The position numbers and the translations under genes were made by a program. A stretch of DNA of 64,000 nucleotides from the human T2T-CHM13v2.0 reference genome, Homo sapiens. Positions 30,189 through 44,375 of this stretch are shown in pieces (the first letter of the stretch is position 1; the number at the start of each line of letters is the position of its first letter). The stretch spans positions 27,136,001-27,200,000 of the forward strand of contig CP086569.2 of NCBI GenBank assembly GCA_009914755.4, in the 5' to 3' direction. The notes under the pieces were generated by a model. It worked only from the letters and a program-made list of their open reading frames with translations. It was not told the origin of the DNA and made no database searches.

Positions 30189-30319
30189 TCTGCTATGTTG
30201 AGATAGCCACAGAAAGCTGCTGCATGAAGGGGTGTCCAGTCCTCTTTGTCTTGCTGGTTTACATTGGCTCTCTTCTCCACCAGAAACTTCACCATGTCCA
30301 GATTTTCATCAATACAGGC
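30189..30319 (-). CDS. PPP1R12B: PPP1R12B coding exon (ankyrin repeat; probable exon 2), phase 0 start, ends with GA
   Basis: Minus strand reads ..tttcttttcag|GCC TGT ATT GAT GAA AAT CTG GAC ATG GTG AAG TTT CTG GTG GAG..CAT GCA GCA GCT TTC TGT GGC TAT CTC AAC ATA GCA GA|gtgagtgagt. Peptide is ACIDENLDMVKFLVEKRANVNQQDKEDWTPLHAAAFCGYLNIA(E). It is MYPT family ANK repeat 2. Confidence 0.8.
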
Positions 30320-30548
30320 CTGAAAAGAAAAGCCCGTTCATTCATTCAACAAGTATTCATTGAGTTCCACTATGTGCCAGACACTGCTCTGGGCATTGAC
30401 AATGCCCAGCAGTTCTAATAAATACATTAATTTCTATTTCTTCCATACTGTGTCCAGAGCATGACTTGTAGGCTTTGTGATCTTATGCAAGCTCTTAAAT
30501 GTCTCCATGCCTTAATATCTAAACTGTGAAACACAGTTTCATGTATAA

Positions 30549-30880
<332 letters not shown>

Positions 30881-31065
30881 TAGTATTATTAGGATTAATT
30901 GTGAAAGCGATTTCTAAAGTGCTACAAATAAATAAGCTGTTTCATCATTATGTTATAAAAAGGAAAGTATGTTACAAAACACTGATTTGTATATGAATTT
31001 TATTTTATTTCACTGCCACCTATTTGTCACAGATGCTTATCAATTTTAAAAGAAAATAATCAGAG

Positions 31066-31138
31066 GATCGCCTGATGCCAGGAGTTTGAGGCCAGCCTGG
31101 GTAACATAGTGAGACCCTATCTCTATTATTAAAAAAAT
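31066..31138 (+). mobile_element. Alu fragment
   Basis: GGATCGCCTGATGCCAGGAGTTTGAGGCCAGCCTGGGTAACATAGTGAGACCCTATCTCTATTATTAAAAAAA. Confidence 0.6.
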
Positions 31139-32022
31139 TCATTCCTTCATTCATTTAAAAAAGAAAAAATCACACAGGATCAAATGCAATTTTTCTCAGT
31201 GGGAAGTTGTAGTTTACGACTCTAGAATTGCTAAACAAACACTGCTTTGGTGAGAAAGGGTAGGGTGATCATTTCAAACAGAAAAAATGTATTTTCATGT
31301 ATTTTCTGAATGGCTTCAAACACTATGGCAAAGTATGCTTGCAGTTATGGATGGTTAGGGAGTCTCGTCTGCTCATTTCATGGCAGCAATTAGGAGAAAG
31401 CAGAAGCTTTCTGAATAAAGGCGTTAGGCTTACCATAAGACTAACAGAAAGAGTCACAAACAGCAATGAGATCTAAAAAAACCAAAAGGTCTTGACATAG
31501 CTACAGAATAAAAATGTGGTAGAAGGCCCACATGTGAAAATGGTAATCATTACCAAGGCTTGGATGGTTACAAAACCATTGGGATAATTCAGGACCAACA
31601 AACAAATGAGACTCCCTTTTTAAAACTTGCCTTTTAATGCCCTCCTTTAAAAAACAAGGCTAAAGCTTCAGCTCAGGAAGAATTATCCAAATCAAAGGAT
31701 TTTCATAATAATATTAAGATATTACTTGCATTTTCATTGTATTGACATTTACACTAATGATGCAAAAGCAATGGTGAGTAAAACCGCTGGTGCCTTAACA
31801 TGAAGCAAGACAATGGCATCAAAAACTACCAGCAGGCACTATATTCCCTCACCACGTACAGTTAAAAAAATAAAAAAGAAAGCCAGTTTCACTTAAGAAT
31901 AACCTTGAAGAAGTAGTAGAAATGTTTTTTTTAATATTCTGTGTGAGAAAATGGAAAGTATACGTAAAGCACTTCTGCTGCATTTTGAGGTATGATGGTT
32001 GATTCTAGGAAAAAGCACCTCG

Positions 32023-32325
32023 GGCCAGGCATGGTAACTTATGCCTATAATCCCAACACTTTGAAAGGCTGAGGCGGTAGGATTGCTTGAGCCCAGGAGT
32101 TCAAGACCAGCCTGAGCAACATAGACCCCATCTCTGCAAAAAAATTAAAAATTAGCTAGGCATGGTGGCACGCACGTGTAGTCCCAGCTACCTGGGAGGC
32201 TAAGGTGGGAGGATGGCTTAAGCCTGGGAGGTCGAGGCTGCAGTGAGCTGTGATCACTGCTCTTCAGCCTGGGTGACAGGGCAAGACCATGTCTCGAAAA
32301 CAAAAACAAAAATAAAAATAAAAAC
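32023..32325 (+). mobile_element. Alu
   Basis: GGCCAGGCATGGTAACTTATGCCTATAATCCCAACACTTTGAAAGGCTGAGGCGGTAGGATTGCTTGAGCCCAGGAGTTCAAGACCAGCCTGAGCAACATAGACCCCATCTCTGC.. The tail is (CAAAAA)n/(AAAAT)n. Confidence 0.85.
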
Positions 32326-32876
32326 ACACCACTTGTGCATCTGCTTCAGGTGTGAGATGAACTAGCCACTTTTTAAAATCAAAATAACACCATTTTTATT
32401 CAAAAGAATAACCAACAAATTATGATTATTTGGACTTGAAAATGAACAAAGTAAGCCTGTCACTCAGAGAAAATAATCAGTATGTGTTGCAATAAAATGT
32501 GACCATCCAAGTGAAAATAAGAATTCTGGAAACAGCTACCACCATGAGCTTGACAGCATCCCAGTATTCACTTTTCTGATAAGATCTGTTTGACTATCAA
32601 CAAATCTGATTTGTTATTATATAATGAAATGCATTTAGATTTGTAAGATCTCTGTAACTCAATCAACCTATATTTTCCAAATAAACAAATGCATAGTTTA
32701 GAAAATCATACATGAAGTAAAAGATTCATTCAAAGTACAAGTTAGACTAATGTGTTTTAATGTAACAGAGTAAGAAAAGTCCATTGACATGGTTTCAGTT
32801 TCCACACTGCATGAACATTTAAGAAACTCATGTCTTCAACTACCATTTCTAAAACTTACATTTAAGAAACTATCAG

Positions 32877-33172
32877 GTCGGATGTGGTGGCTCATGCCTG
32901 TAATCCCAGCACTTTGGGGGGCCAAGGCAGGTGGATCACCTGAGGTCAGGAGTTTGAGACCAGCCTAGCCAACATGGTGAAACCTCATCTCTACTAAAAA
33001 TACAAAAACTAGGCAGGTATGGTGGTGCACACCTGTAATCTCAGGTACTCAGGAGGCTGAGGAACAAGAATCACTTGAACCCAGGAGGGAGACATTGCAG
33101 TGAGCCAGGATGGCACCACTGCACTCCAGCCTGGGCCACAGAGACTGTGTCTCAAAAAAAAAAAAAAAAAAA
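32877..33172 (+). mobile_element. Alu (AluS)
   Basis: GGTCGGATGTGGTGGCTCATGCCTGTAATCCCAGCACTTTGGGGGGCCAAGGCAGGTGGATCACCTGAGGTCAGGAGTTTGAGACCAGCCTAGCCAACATGGTGAAACCTC..(A)19. Confidence 0.9.
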
Positions 33173-34821
33173 GGAAACGAAGCATCACCTGTTGGAGTTT
33201 GGTATAATATCCAAGAAAAACATCTACAATTGTCTGAACAGACTATTAAAATGCTCCTCCCTTTTCCAAATATATACCTTTGAGAGGCCAGATTTTATAT
33301 ACTTTCATCAAAATAATATATCACAGCAGATTGAATACAGACATTAAAATAAATTTGTAAAAATGTAAAACAATATCACTATTTTTAATTAAAATATGTC
33401 ATTTATATTAACATGTAAGCTGGGTCATTGTTGCTTTAAATGACTTAAGTACATATTTAATAACTACATATTTTAAAAATTTCTCAGTAACATATAATAA
33501 TCAATACAAACAAAGTCCTGGTTAAATTTTGGGAGTCCTAAATGATTTCTTAAGTATAAAGGAATCCTGAGATCAGTTTGATAACCACTGTCTTTAATCA
33601 AGCATACCAAAAGATATTTCATGGTGATAATGAATAACTATTTAAACGGCAAAAGATTACTGTGGAAAGAATTACAGTTAGAACTCTAGAGGGCCCTTGT
33701 AACTACAGGACTTAAGTAGTACATATGATACCAAGAGAACTTACAGGAATTCCCTTCAGAGATAAACCTCATATCAATCCTGCATAGAAAGGTGATGAAT
33801 GAAAAAAGCGTGATTTCATTTAGATGAAAATTTAATTAGATAACTTGGTTACAAACAGCATCTTTGTTATTTTTTTCCCAAAATATTTGATACTTCTTTT
33901 ACAGTTACTGAGATTAGCTAAAAATGTCAATCTAGGTTTGATTTGATGCTATATAATATATTCCTCCAATCTGACCTTCTGGCCAATCTGACTTTTATAG
34001 CCAGTATTCATAATGGTCTAGTTTTCAACAGCAGCTCCAGAAATTATATTTCTTCTATGATGTTTTCTTAGGTTTATCAACTTCCACAAGTATATCCCAT
34101 TCTTTACCATGTAAAATGTTTCATAATTATTCATCATATTTACAAATACTTCATAAGTATGCTTATCACTAAATTGGTCATATATTGTATGTCTGCCCAT
34201 TTGCAATCCCATATGGCAAGATCTAGCCAACTTATCACAGAGTATCTCACTAAAAACTGTAAATCAACATTTTTATTTTATTTATTTTTCTTTTTTGTAA
34301 ATAAATATTTTTAAGTAAAAAAATGGAAGGGGACACTTTCAAAAAGGTACTGAAGTCCAATAAGAAAAAAGAATTTTAAAGGTTGTGCTAAAAACACTCT
34401 TTGCCCTTAGTAATACTCCTATATCAAGAAGGTCAAATGTGCCGTCTAAACCTGTGTAGGCCAGGACAGCTGGGTCAATTGCTTCTTGCTGCGTTGCAAA
34501 ATTTCTTTGGCTCTGAAAGAACAATCCAAAAACTTAGCTCTAATGTCCACACTACTATCAAGCAGACTTTTAGAAGCCAATGTTTTCAAGATCATTCTTT
34601 GGCCTTTAAAGACAATAAACAGCAGCCACATTCCAGAGGCCCTAAAATAAGCCCGGCTACTCCAGGTATCAAATGGGAGAAAACTTGTCTTTTCTCTTTC
34701 CTCCCCTCTTACTTCTCCTCTCCTTTTCTTAATCTCCTTCACCTCATCACTACTTCAGTTCTCTTCTTTTAAATTTTGTGATATTGTGTCTTATAAATCT
34801 CAAATCCTTGATAGAAAAAAC

Positions 34822-34938
34822 ATTTTTGAGACAGGGTCTTGCTCTGTTGCCAGGGCTGGTCATTGATTCTTGGGCTCAAAAAGCCTCTGTCTCAGCCTTC
34901 CAAGTAGCTGGGACTACAGTTACATGCCACTACAGCCA
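34822..34938 (-). mobile_element. Alu fragment (antisense)
   Basis: TTTTGAGACAGGGTCTTGCTCTGTTGCCAGGGCTGGTCATTGATTCTTGGGCTCAAAAAGCCTCTGTCTCAGCCTTCCAAGTAGCTGGGACTACAGTTACATGCCACTACAGCCAG. Confidence 0.7.
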
Positions 34939-35145
34939 GTTTGATACAAAATTTTACGGGAATGACACTGTAAGGAAGTTTGAGAGAATAACAAGAACAA
35001 CAAAACTAGCCTAATCTAAAAATGTAATTTGGCGATCATCAATCTGTGAAGAACCATCTTACAGAAAATAAAGGAGGCCAACTGTCTAAATCATTCCCCA
35101 TACCCTCCACAAAGTGAAGGATGGTATGTTGTTTAAAAAAGTTTT

Positions 35146-35272
35146 GGCTAGGCATGGTGGCTCACACCTGTAGTCCCAGCACTTTGAGAGGCCGAGGTGG
35201 GAGGATTGCTTGAGTCCAGGAGAACCTGTGCAACACAGTGAGACCCCATCTCTATTTGTAAAATAAATAAAA
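35146..35272 (+). mobile_element. Alu monomer (FLAM-like)
   Basis: GGCTAGGCATGGTGGCTCACACCTGTAGTCCCAGCACTTTGAGAGGCCGAGGTGGGAGGATTGCTTGAGTCCAGGAGAACCTGTGCAACACAGTGAGACCCCATCTCTATTTGTAAAATAAATAAAA. Confidence 0.75.
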
Positions 35273-36789
35273 GCACCAGCTTTGGAGTCAGACAGACCAG
35301 GGCTTGCATACCAGCTCTGCTGATATGTACAACCTAGAGTGGGGTATCTAACCTAACTATAAGCATATGTACTCATCTGTAGCATTGGGAGTACCACCTA
35401 CCTCATAAGGTTTTGTAAAGATTAAAGGAGATAAGCCCTTGGAATTGTTTCTGACTTTGTTGTTGTTAAGGCAACATGTAACACACAGCAACTGCCTCAA
35501 GGGGAAAAAAAAACAAAAAGCACTTAGTCCTCAATGATCACAGCCCTCCCCACCCCCAGTACCTTACAGGAGGAAAGCAGTTTGGTTAAAAATGTCTTTG
35601 AACTAGCAAGATTCTGGAGCTTGTGTGTAAGTCTAACTGCAGAGAATTCCCTCTCTAATGTTCAGAATCCCATGGATTCTTAAATTCAGGAGCTATATGA
35701 ATAAAATAGTATGCACCCAGTTAAGGTGGAAGAGAATCATTCTTGTAGGTAAGACCAATCAACAGAGTTGTAGGACACTCACTCTCATGAAGCACCTTGG
35801 AGTGACTGTTCTCTTGCTTTTTTTTTTTGTCTCCAGAAGAAGGAATATGACTAAAGCATGGATGAGAGACTAAAGCACGGATGAGAGACACAGTTCCTGA
35901 AAATCTTCTCAAGTGAATAACGACTAAATTTAGATGCCCTTCTGCCCACTCCATCGGCAGCTGTGCTGCTGACTCATTCACGACTGAAGCATGGTAGATG
36001 AGCAGATTTGCCCACTTATAAAACTGTTTCCAGGGTCATGAACTTCAACATCACGCCTCTACACAGAACTATGCTAAATCTTCCAGAGAGATAGGTCTTT
36101 CCTTTTCTTGGGAAGCAGGCTAAACAAGCTTTTGATGTCACACATGATAATGGAGAAATTCTTTGCATTTGGCCCAGATTCCTTCTGATGTAGTTTAAGT
36201 CTATTTCCTCCTATTTTGCATTCCTGAAGACATATCGAATTTTACTAAAGTAACAAGGTGTTCTAAGCTCCTTAAGAAGTAGAGACATAACTTAATTACT
36301 AGTATGAAGGAACTATTTAGAAAAACTGCCAGGTAATAAATTAAAGCTTCCTAACATCGGCATGTCACATTTGTCTGGCAATGACAATCTCCAAGAAAAA
36401 TACTTGATTTTACCAATAATCTGGGGAAAGAGCACTGTGATCTCACTACTGTACCTGATACTGCTCTCTCCATATCAAAGGCAAAAGTGGCTGATATCAA
36501 TCAGTGCCAGGGTTAAATCTGGCAGTGCAGAGAAGGCCTCACAAAACAAAGCCTCCTTGGTTCCCAAAATAGCCTGCAACTGTTGCCACCAGCAAGTGCC
36601 AGCTTTCAGAGCTGACCTTGCTGTTGTGTCTCAGAATATCACTAATACTACCTGCCTTGGCCTCAGAACAACTGTCTTCCCCATAAAACCCAGCTCCAGA
36701 TGTCTGGGCATATGTTACACTAGAAGCTGGGCTTAGTGCAGCCTAACACCTACTTGTTTGGATTTTTCGGCCCATGCTTTCCTTGATTT

Positions 36790-37430
<641 letters not shown>

Positions 37431-37483
37431 ATGAAATATAAAAATAAAATTTTAGCATGCAAGGAAATATTTAAAAAGTGTTG

Positions 37484-37809
<326 letters not shown>

Positions 37810-37965
37810 TCAGGGGAATGTAAAATGGTATAGCCTCTATGGAAAACAGTATGGAAGTTCCTCAAAAAAAAAAATAGAATTACCGTTTCTATTTTCTATT
37901 CAAAAATAGGATTTTGAATATATATCCAGAAGAATTCTGGGTATAAACTCAAAATAATTGATACC

Positions 37966-38260
37966 GGTCATAATGGCTCATGCCTGTAATTCTAGCACTT
38001 TGGTAGGCTGAGGCGAGTGGACCGCCTGAGCTCAGGAGTTCAAGACCAGCCTGGGCAACATAGCAAAACCTTGTCTCTACTAAAAATACAAAAAATTAGC
38101 TGGGGGTGGTGGCATGCGCCTGTAATCCCAGCTACTCAGGAGGCTGAGGCACGAGAATTGCTTGAGCCTGGGAGGTGGAGGTTCCAGTGAGCAGAGACTG
38201 TAGTCCAGCCTGGGGGACAGAATGAGACCCTGTCTCAAAAAAACAAACAAACAAACAAAA
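37966..38260 (+). mobile_element. Alu (AluS) with TSD AAATAATTGA
   Basis: CCGGTCATAATGGCTCATGCCTGTAATTCTAGCACTTTGGTAGGCTGAGGCGAGTGGACCGCCTGAGCTCAGGAGTTCAAGACCAGCCTGGGCAACATAGCAAAACC.. The tail is (CAAA)n. Flanks are caaaataattgatac / gaaataataataattgaaag. Confidence 0.85.
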
Positions 38261-38280
38261 GAAATAATAATAATTGAAAG

Positions 38281-38545
38281 CAGGGTCTCTCATGTTCACA
38301 GCAGCCTTATGCACAATACCTACAATGTGGAAGCAATTGAAGAGCCCGTTGATGGGTGAATGGATAAGTAAAATATGGTATATACATACAATGTATATAT
38401 ACCAGAGGGAGTGTGGTCCTGATAACACCTTGATTTTAAACTTCTGGCCTCCAGAACTATGGGAGAATGATTGAATAATTTCGTTTTAGGCCACCAAGTT
38501 TGTGTTAATTTGTTACAGAAGCCACAGGAAACTAATAAACTTGCC
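38281..38545 (+). mobile_element. Ancient L1M-type 3' end fragment (ORF2 C-terminal remnant plus terminal 3'UTR)
   Basis: CATGTTCACAGCAGCCTTATGCACAATACCTACAATGTGGAAGCAATTGAAGAGCCCGTTGATGGGTGAATGGATAAGTAAAATATGGTATATACATACAATG is followed by ..TTGATTTTAAACTTCTGGCCTCCAGAACTATGGGAGAATGATTGAATAATTTCGTTTTAGGCCACCAAGTTTGTGTTAATTTGTTACAGAAGCCAC. This is a typical old L1 terminal motif. Subfamily is uncertain. Confidence 0.55.
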
Positions 38546-41500
38546 ATAGAATAGGGAATCAGACTCAGAACCTAGAGAGTCTGCCATATCCTCAATCCTT
38601 ACTAGTAACTGAAAATCACAGCTGTAACTGATCCCTTCTTTGACAGATGAAAAGTGATCAATAAATTTATCATACAACTTTTTAAAAGACAACTACATTA
38701 AATAGAAAGTTTTAGAAACTGTTTAACCAATCTCTGGCTCCAATAGCAAAACCCTGAAAGAACTAATCATGGTTCTCACATGAGGCATTTTACTGAAGGT
38801 ATTCTGGCTGAGGACTGAAACTGGGATAGAAATACTAATTGATGAGGTCCCTGTGAAACCCAACATTTCTAAGCTCAAAGTCCCCTTGCCCCAACTAGGC
38901 GGCCAAGAAATCATATGCCAAGAAATTATACAGCTGTCCCTCAGCATCCATGGGGAACTTGCTGCAAGACCCCCTGCAGACACCAAAATCCACTGAGGGT
39001 CAAGTTCCTTAAATAAAATGGCATAATATTTGCATATAACCTATGCACATCCTTCCAGATACTTTAAATCATCTCTAATTATTTAAAATGCCTAAAATAA
39101 TGTAAATACTATGTAAATAGTCATTATTCTATACTGTTTTTATTTGTATTATTTTTATTAACATTAAATTTTTATTTTTCCCAAATATTTTCAATCTGCA
39201 GTTGGTTGACTCCATGGATGCAGAACCCATGGATACGGAGAGCCAGTAGTACAAATAAATTAAAGGTGATAAAGGACTCACACAGTAAATCTGGCAGTCT
39301 CCACCATCAGGAGATCATCACTACAGGAAGGCTTTAACCTATTAGTAGTTAAGATTGACTGATCCAGAGCTTGAGTCAATCCTTCCAAGTACCTGTCTCT
39401 TCATTCCAATCATGATATAGTATAACTACTGCTTAAGTGGAAATCATCACAGCAGTCTGCTCCAGCATGACAGGTGACACCAGCAACTGTCTGCCCTGTG
39501 TGAAAGATTCATAACCCCACTGGCAGAGACAGTTTGGCTCTCAAATGGTGAGAACTATATCTGATTATGTACTCAGTGGTCAGGCAGGCTCTGGACACAG
39601 ATCTGTACCCTTTCAAGAGAGACAGCCGAGAGAGCAGAAGTAAAGAATTTTCCATGAAGTGTCATACTGATTAAGATTTTGTTCTCGGTAAACTGGCATA
39701 TTACCTCAAGACTGCAAATGTTTACAGGTTGGGACCAGAGAACATCTCCCTTCAATTAAGAGCAAGTATCATATTGCCTAAGGGTTAACAGTACTTAAAT
39801 TTCGAAAATGTGTTCAATTTGGATTCTAATAAGCCCTTCGCTTCAAATAATGTTTCCCTCAATCTTCTCCATTCCCCATGCTTTTATTCACTTAAATGAA
39901 GAAAAACTCACTCAGCTGTCTTACAACTTGGCAACTTTTGCACTATGGTTATACATGTCTGATTTCTTATCATCAAATTATGTTTTTTGAAAGTTGAGGA
40001 GAAAGAAGATGAAGAACTCAGAAAATGAAATCTGCATTTTCTCAAAGCTCATGAGTCATCTTCAAACAGAAGTTGTATGTTCCAGTCTCCAAATCTCTAC
40101 TTTGTTACTCACTGATAATTCTAATTTTGAGGAACAATAAATGTGGCCTACTAATTGTGATAAAAATCCCAAGTATGACTTTCTTTCAGATCAAAGGTGA
40201 GATAGCTGAGTAACTCTGACACTTGAATAGAAGAAAGTCCTGTTGAAATTGGCTTCTTACAAATTCTGTACATAAGAGCTGAGACACACTAAGTAATGGA
40301 ATGATACACCTTTACAGCCTTGATCAAAGAAATTCCTTGGAAAAAGTCTATTATAACAAAACAGCAAAGGAAAAAAAGAATATGGAAGCTGGAGTGATAA
40401 GCATTAGGACTTTTCATGTTACAGATGAAGAAACTCAGCCTTGGAAAAGTTAAATGATTCTTATTTAAGGTCATATATTCAGTAACAGAACCACCTAAAT
40501 GCTTTCTACCCACCACTTTAGAGGTGTCTGAAATAGAGTTCATGGCCAGGGTCAAGAAACTACTTGTTTCATGGAACATTTTCAATGCTTAATACCATCT
40601 CCCTAAAAATAGCTTTATTTTAGTATATACAGTGTAAACCGATATTAGTCTACCCCTCCAATAATTTTATATAAGGAATGTGGCCAATTGGTCAATTTGA
40701 GTTGGTTACTCCTAACTAGACTAAATGCAAAACACAAAGATCTCTTTAAAGTGCTTTGGTTACCACTCTGTTTCTTAGCATGAGTCTGGATTAGAAACCT
40801 CCTTCCTCTCTTGGCTACCTGTCTTAATCACAGCCCCGCAATGGTCTACCCTGCTGCCAAGTTGGTGTGTAGAGTAAATTGTTGTCCCATGGAGAGAGAT
40901 TTTTCTATTTAACTCCAGATCACTCTGTGCCCATAAACAAGTGTTTCACAGGCCACAAGAGCACAGCCTGAGAGCTATGGCTTGGGCAATGCTCCATAGC
41001 TGTCAAGTAAGCCTGGGGAAAAGAAGGAAGACAATTCTGGGATCTGAGTTGAGTAAGGAGTGAATGCCACAAAGAAATTAGGGGCAGTTTAAATCTGCAG
41101 AAAGTATAAATCAGCACACCAAATATTATCCCTAAAAGGAGATATTAAATAAAAGGTTATTATTTTCCCAGCATATTTTCATCAAGCGTTTTATATAGTC
41201 AAAGCTAACAATATGTTATTAATCCATAACACTTATTGTCATGTTCTCCCACAGGTAGAGTACTACATGGTAGAAGACACGAGAGAAAGCAGTTATATAA
41301 CCCTAAGCAGTACAGTATACAGTTACAATTTTCTGTCCAATGAGTCAGATGCCTGAGAGATGCAACTCAAACACCTACAATGAGGGGTAACATATACAGA
41401 TATTTGTCAAAACTTAGTGAACGTATACCTAAGATTTGTGCTTTTCACTGTATGTAAATTTTACTTCAAAAGAAAAATAATACTGTAAAGACGTATTTAA

Positions 41501-43127
41501 CTCTAGTTTATAGTTAAGTATTTGGAGAAATTATTACTAATGTCTGAAATGGGATGAATGGATGAAGGGATGGATACATGACAAAGCAAATACAACATTA
41601 ATAGTGGACGATAGCTTGTGTGGGTATATGGGGGTCACTGTGAACTTCTTTCAACTTTTCTGTGTTTGAACATCTTCATAATAAAAATTTTTGGGAAAAC
41701 AAGAAAGTAAAGGGGATGGGCAGGTAATACAAATTAATAAAGCAGGCTCGGTGTAACACAGTAGAGATAGATGGGGCCTGGGGCACTGAGAAACGCATGT
41801 TCTGCCTAAAGAAGGCAGCTGCCACTCAACTCCAACCAGTTGTTACTTTGTGGGAATCTGGCCCCAGTGTTGTAATCTAATTTTTAAAAAGGAGTTTCAA
41901 ATATAGAAGTTTTGTGTGCAAAAAATCTTTAATTTTAAAATACCATATGGGCCAAACACTATATTTTTAACTTACCAACTCATTTTCTATTCCAAAGATT
42001 TAAATTTTCGAGAAGAAATTGGGGGTTTCCTCTTGAGTTGTAAAGTTACCATTGTTATCAATAACACGTGCGTTTAAAGAGATTTCAGCTGTAGCTGAGA
42101 CCTTATACTGTAACCTCAATTCCCCTGTTGTGTGGGCTGCTGTACAATAATGCCTTGCCAGGCCGATGCCACGGTATTCATGACACTGACCCAACCAGGA
42201 CTTTGCTGTGGCGCAGGGAACAGCTGTGAGGCTGGGCTGGTTGGCACTGATTTCTCTAGGCTCACTTTAGGGTTATTTAATATGGAAAGAGCAATAGTAC
42301 TTGTGAGTTTGCTGCTCAAATATAGTTCCTAAGTGTAAGTCACTTAGGCTTTAAGAGAAATTAGCACTAGTTGGGAATCAGAAACAGAAAAGACTTCTAA
42401 GACTTCCTTATATTCCCTGTTTTGTCTAAGTGGTGTCACAAATCACCCACGGTCCTAAGCTCTTAACAATCTCCATGTTATCCTTTCTCACCACTGACAT
42501 TCTAATAAATGACCCTTTCTGTTCATTCTACCTCAGGGGTACTTCTCAAATCCATGTCCTCCCCAGTGTCTTAGCTGCCAGTACCTTACTTCAAGACCTC
42601 ATCCTCTCTAGCCTGGATTACAGTTTCCTCACTGGTGTCTCTCATGAGTTTTTCCCTCCCATTGGTTCAATCTTCATATTCCTACTGCAATTATCATTCT
42701 AAGATACAATTCTGATAGTATCACTCTCTGGTTTGAAAACCTCAATACCTCCCTGTTGTCTTCAGGATAAAGGTGAAACTCTTTATCACGGATGGAATAT
42801 AGGGACCTTCATGGCTGTCAACGTACCCTACCAGCCACAATTCCTTCTATTTTCCCCTAGCCTATAGGGTAAAGTTCCAATTTCTCAGTGTGGCAAATGA
42901 AGCCCTACTTAAATTTCTATGCATGCCCCTACCCCCTTTTTAGTCTATCCATGCATAGAGTTCTCACTATTCCAAAAAATGGACATTTTCTGTTTCCTCC
43001 AGACCTTTGCCTATGTTATTCTCTTTGCTTCAGATTCTCTTCATCGCTGCTGTTTCAGTGTTCTCTTTCTTCTTTATAACTCAGGTAAATAATTGTTTTA
43101 TTTTTATTTTTTTAATTTATATTATAA

Positions 43128-43407
43128 TTTTTTTTGAGACGGAGTCTCACTCTGTTGCCCAGGCTGGAGTGCAGTGGCGTGTCTTGGCTCACTGCAACTC
43201 CACCTCCCAGCTTCAAGTGGTTCTCCTGCCTCAGCCTCCTGAGTAGCTAGGACTGCAGGCGTGTGCCACCATTCCCGGCTAATTTTTTGTATTTTTTTAG
43301 TAGAGACGGGGTTTCACTGTGTTAGCCAGGATGGTCTTGATCTCCTGATCTCATGATCCGCCCACCTTGGCCTCCCAGAGTGCTGGTATTACAGGCGTGA
43401 GCCACCG
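43128..43407 (-). mobile_element. Alu (AluS/Y, antisense)
   Basis: TTTTTTTTGAGACGGAGTCTCACTCTGTTGCCCAGGCTGGAGTGCAGTGGCGTGTCTTGGCTCACTGCAACTCCACCTCCCAGCTTCAAGTGGTTCTCCTGCCTCAGCCTCC..GGCGTGAGCCACCGCACCCAGCCC. Confidence 0.9.
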
Positions 43408-44224
43408 CACCCAGCCCAAATAATGCTTATACTGGGAGGTTCTTCCTGTAGCCCCTTGACCAAGTTAGCAACTTCTTACTCTGCACTATAACACTTTGTA
43501 CTTAGCTCTCATTTTATATTAGAGATTATTTCTGTTGCATTGTATCATTTACATGTCTCTTTCCACCACTAAATGGTAAAGTCTTAATCATTTTTTATTA
43601 CTACATTTCTGCCTGAGGACCATGTCTGGTATAGTACAGGCCTTATTAATATTTGTTACATGAATAAATGGAAATGCACATTACAGTCAGGGAACACTGA
43701 TTACTGAGACAAATTCTTAACCTGTTCTTTGGTAATATGAGTCAGTGTCAGATCAGAACTTTATCTTCTTAGATTTTCTGCTTGTGCTAACAATTAGACT
43801 TGATGGACCCTCAGCAGCCAGTGACTCTGTTATGGTAAAACACAGTCTAAAGCCCCTCAACTTCCTTTACCAGCTATAGGAGTCAGCTATAGGAGCCCTG
43901 ACCCATTGTTTTTCCTTCCCTCTAATCCTAACTTAAATTAACTTTTATCTCTTATGAATGAAATCTGACTGTGATCTGTTTACATGTACAGGAACTTACA
44001 TAGAGCTTATATTCATATTTAAGTATAACATTACTTATATAGAACTATATTTATGTTTAAGTATATCATTTTTGCTCTTGTGTAGAAAGGAGGGTACCTT
44101 GTTAACTCTGGAGAGTATACAAGGGTAATATAATAATAGCAGCTAACACATAACATTTAACTGTGTACCAGGCTTGAAGTGTTTTTATGTACATTAGCTC
44201 ATTTAATCCTAATTGTATCCCTAT

Positions 44225-44375
44225 GAAGGAGTTCTTATGATTGGTATGATAATTTAACAGATGAGGAACCTGAAGCAGACAGAAATAACTTGTTCCAAGA
44301 ACACAAAACTACTTAACCAGTAGACCTGGGATTTGAACTCAGGAAGTCTTATTTCATAGTCTGTGCTCTTTTTTC
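44225..44375 (-). mobile_element. MIR fragment (antisense)
   Basis: ..AATTTAACAGATGAGGAACCTGAAGCAGACAGAAATAACTTGTTCCAAGAACACAAAACTACTTAACCAGTAGACCTGGGATTTGAACTCAGGAAGTCTTATTTC.. Confidence 0.7.

Noticed and set aside
36481-36520. Plus-strand text GGCTGATATCAATCAG reminiscent of the MYPT N-terminal GADIN.. motif
   Set aside because: It is on the wrong strand for PPP1R12B and is not within an ORF with splice sites. The N-terminal exon 1 is expected far upstream of this window.
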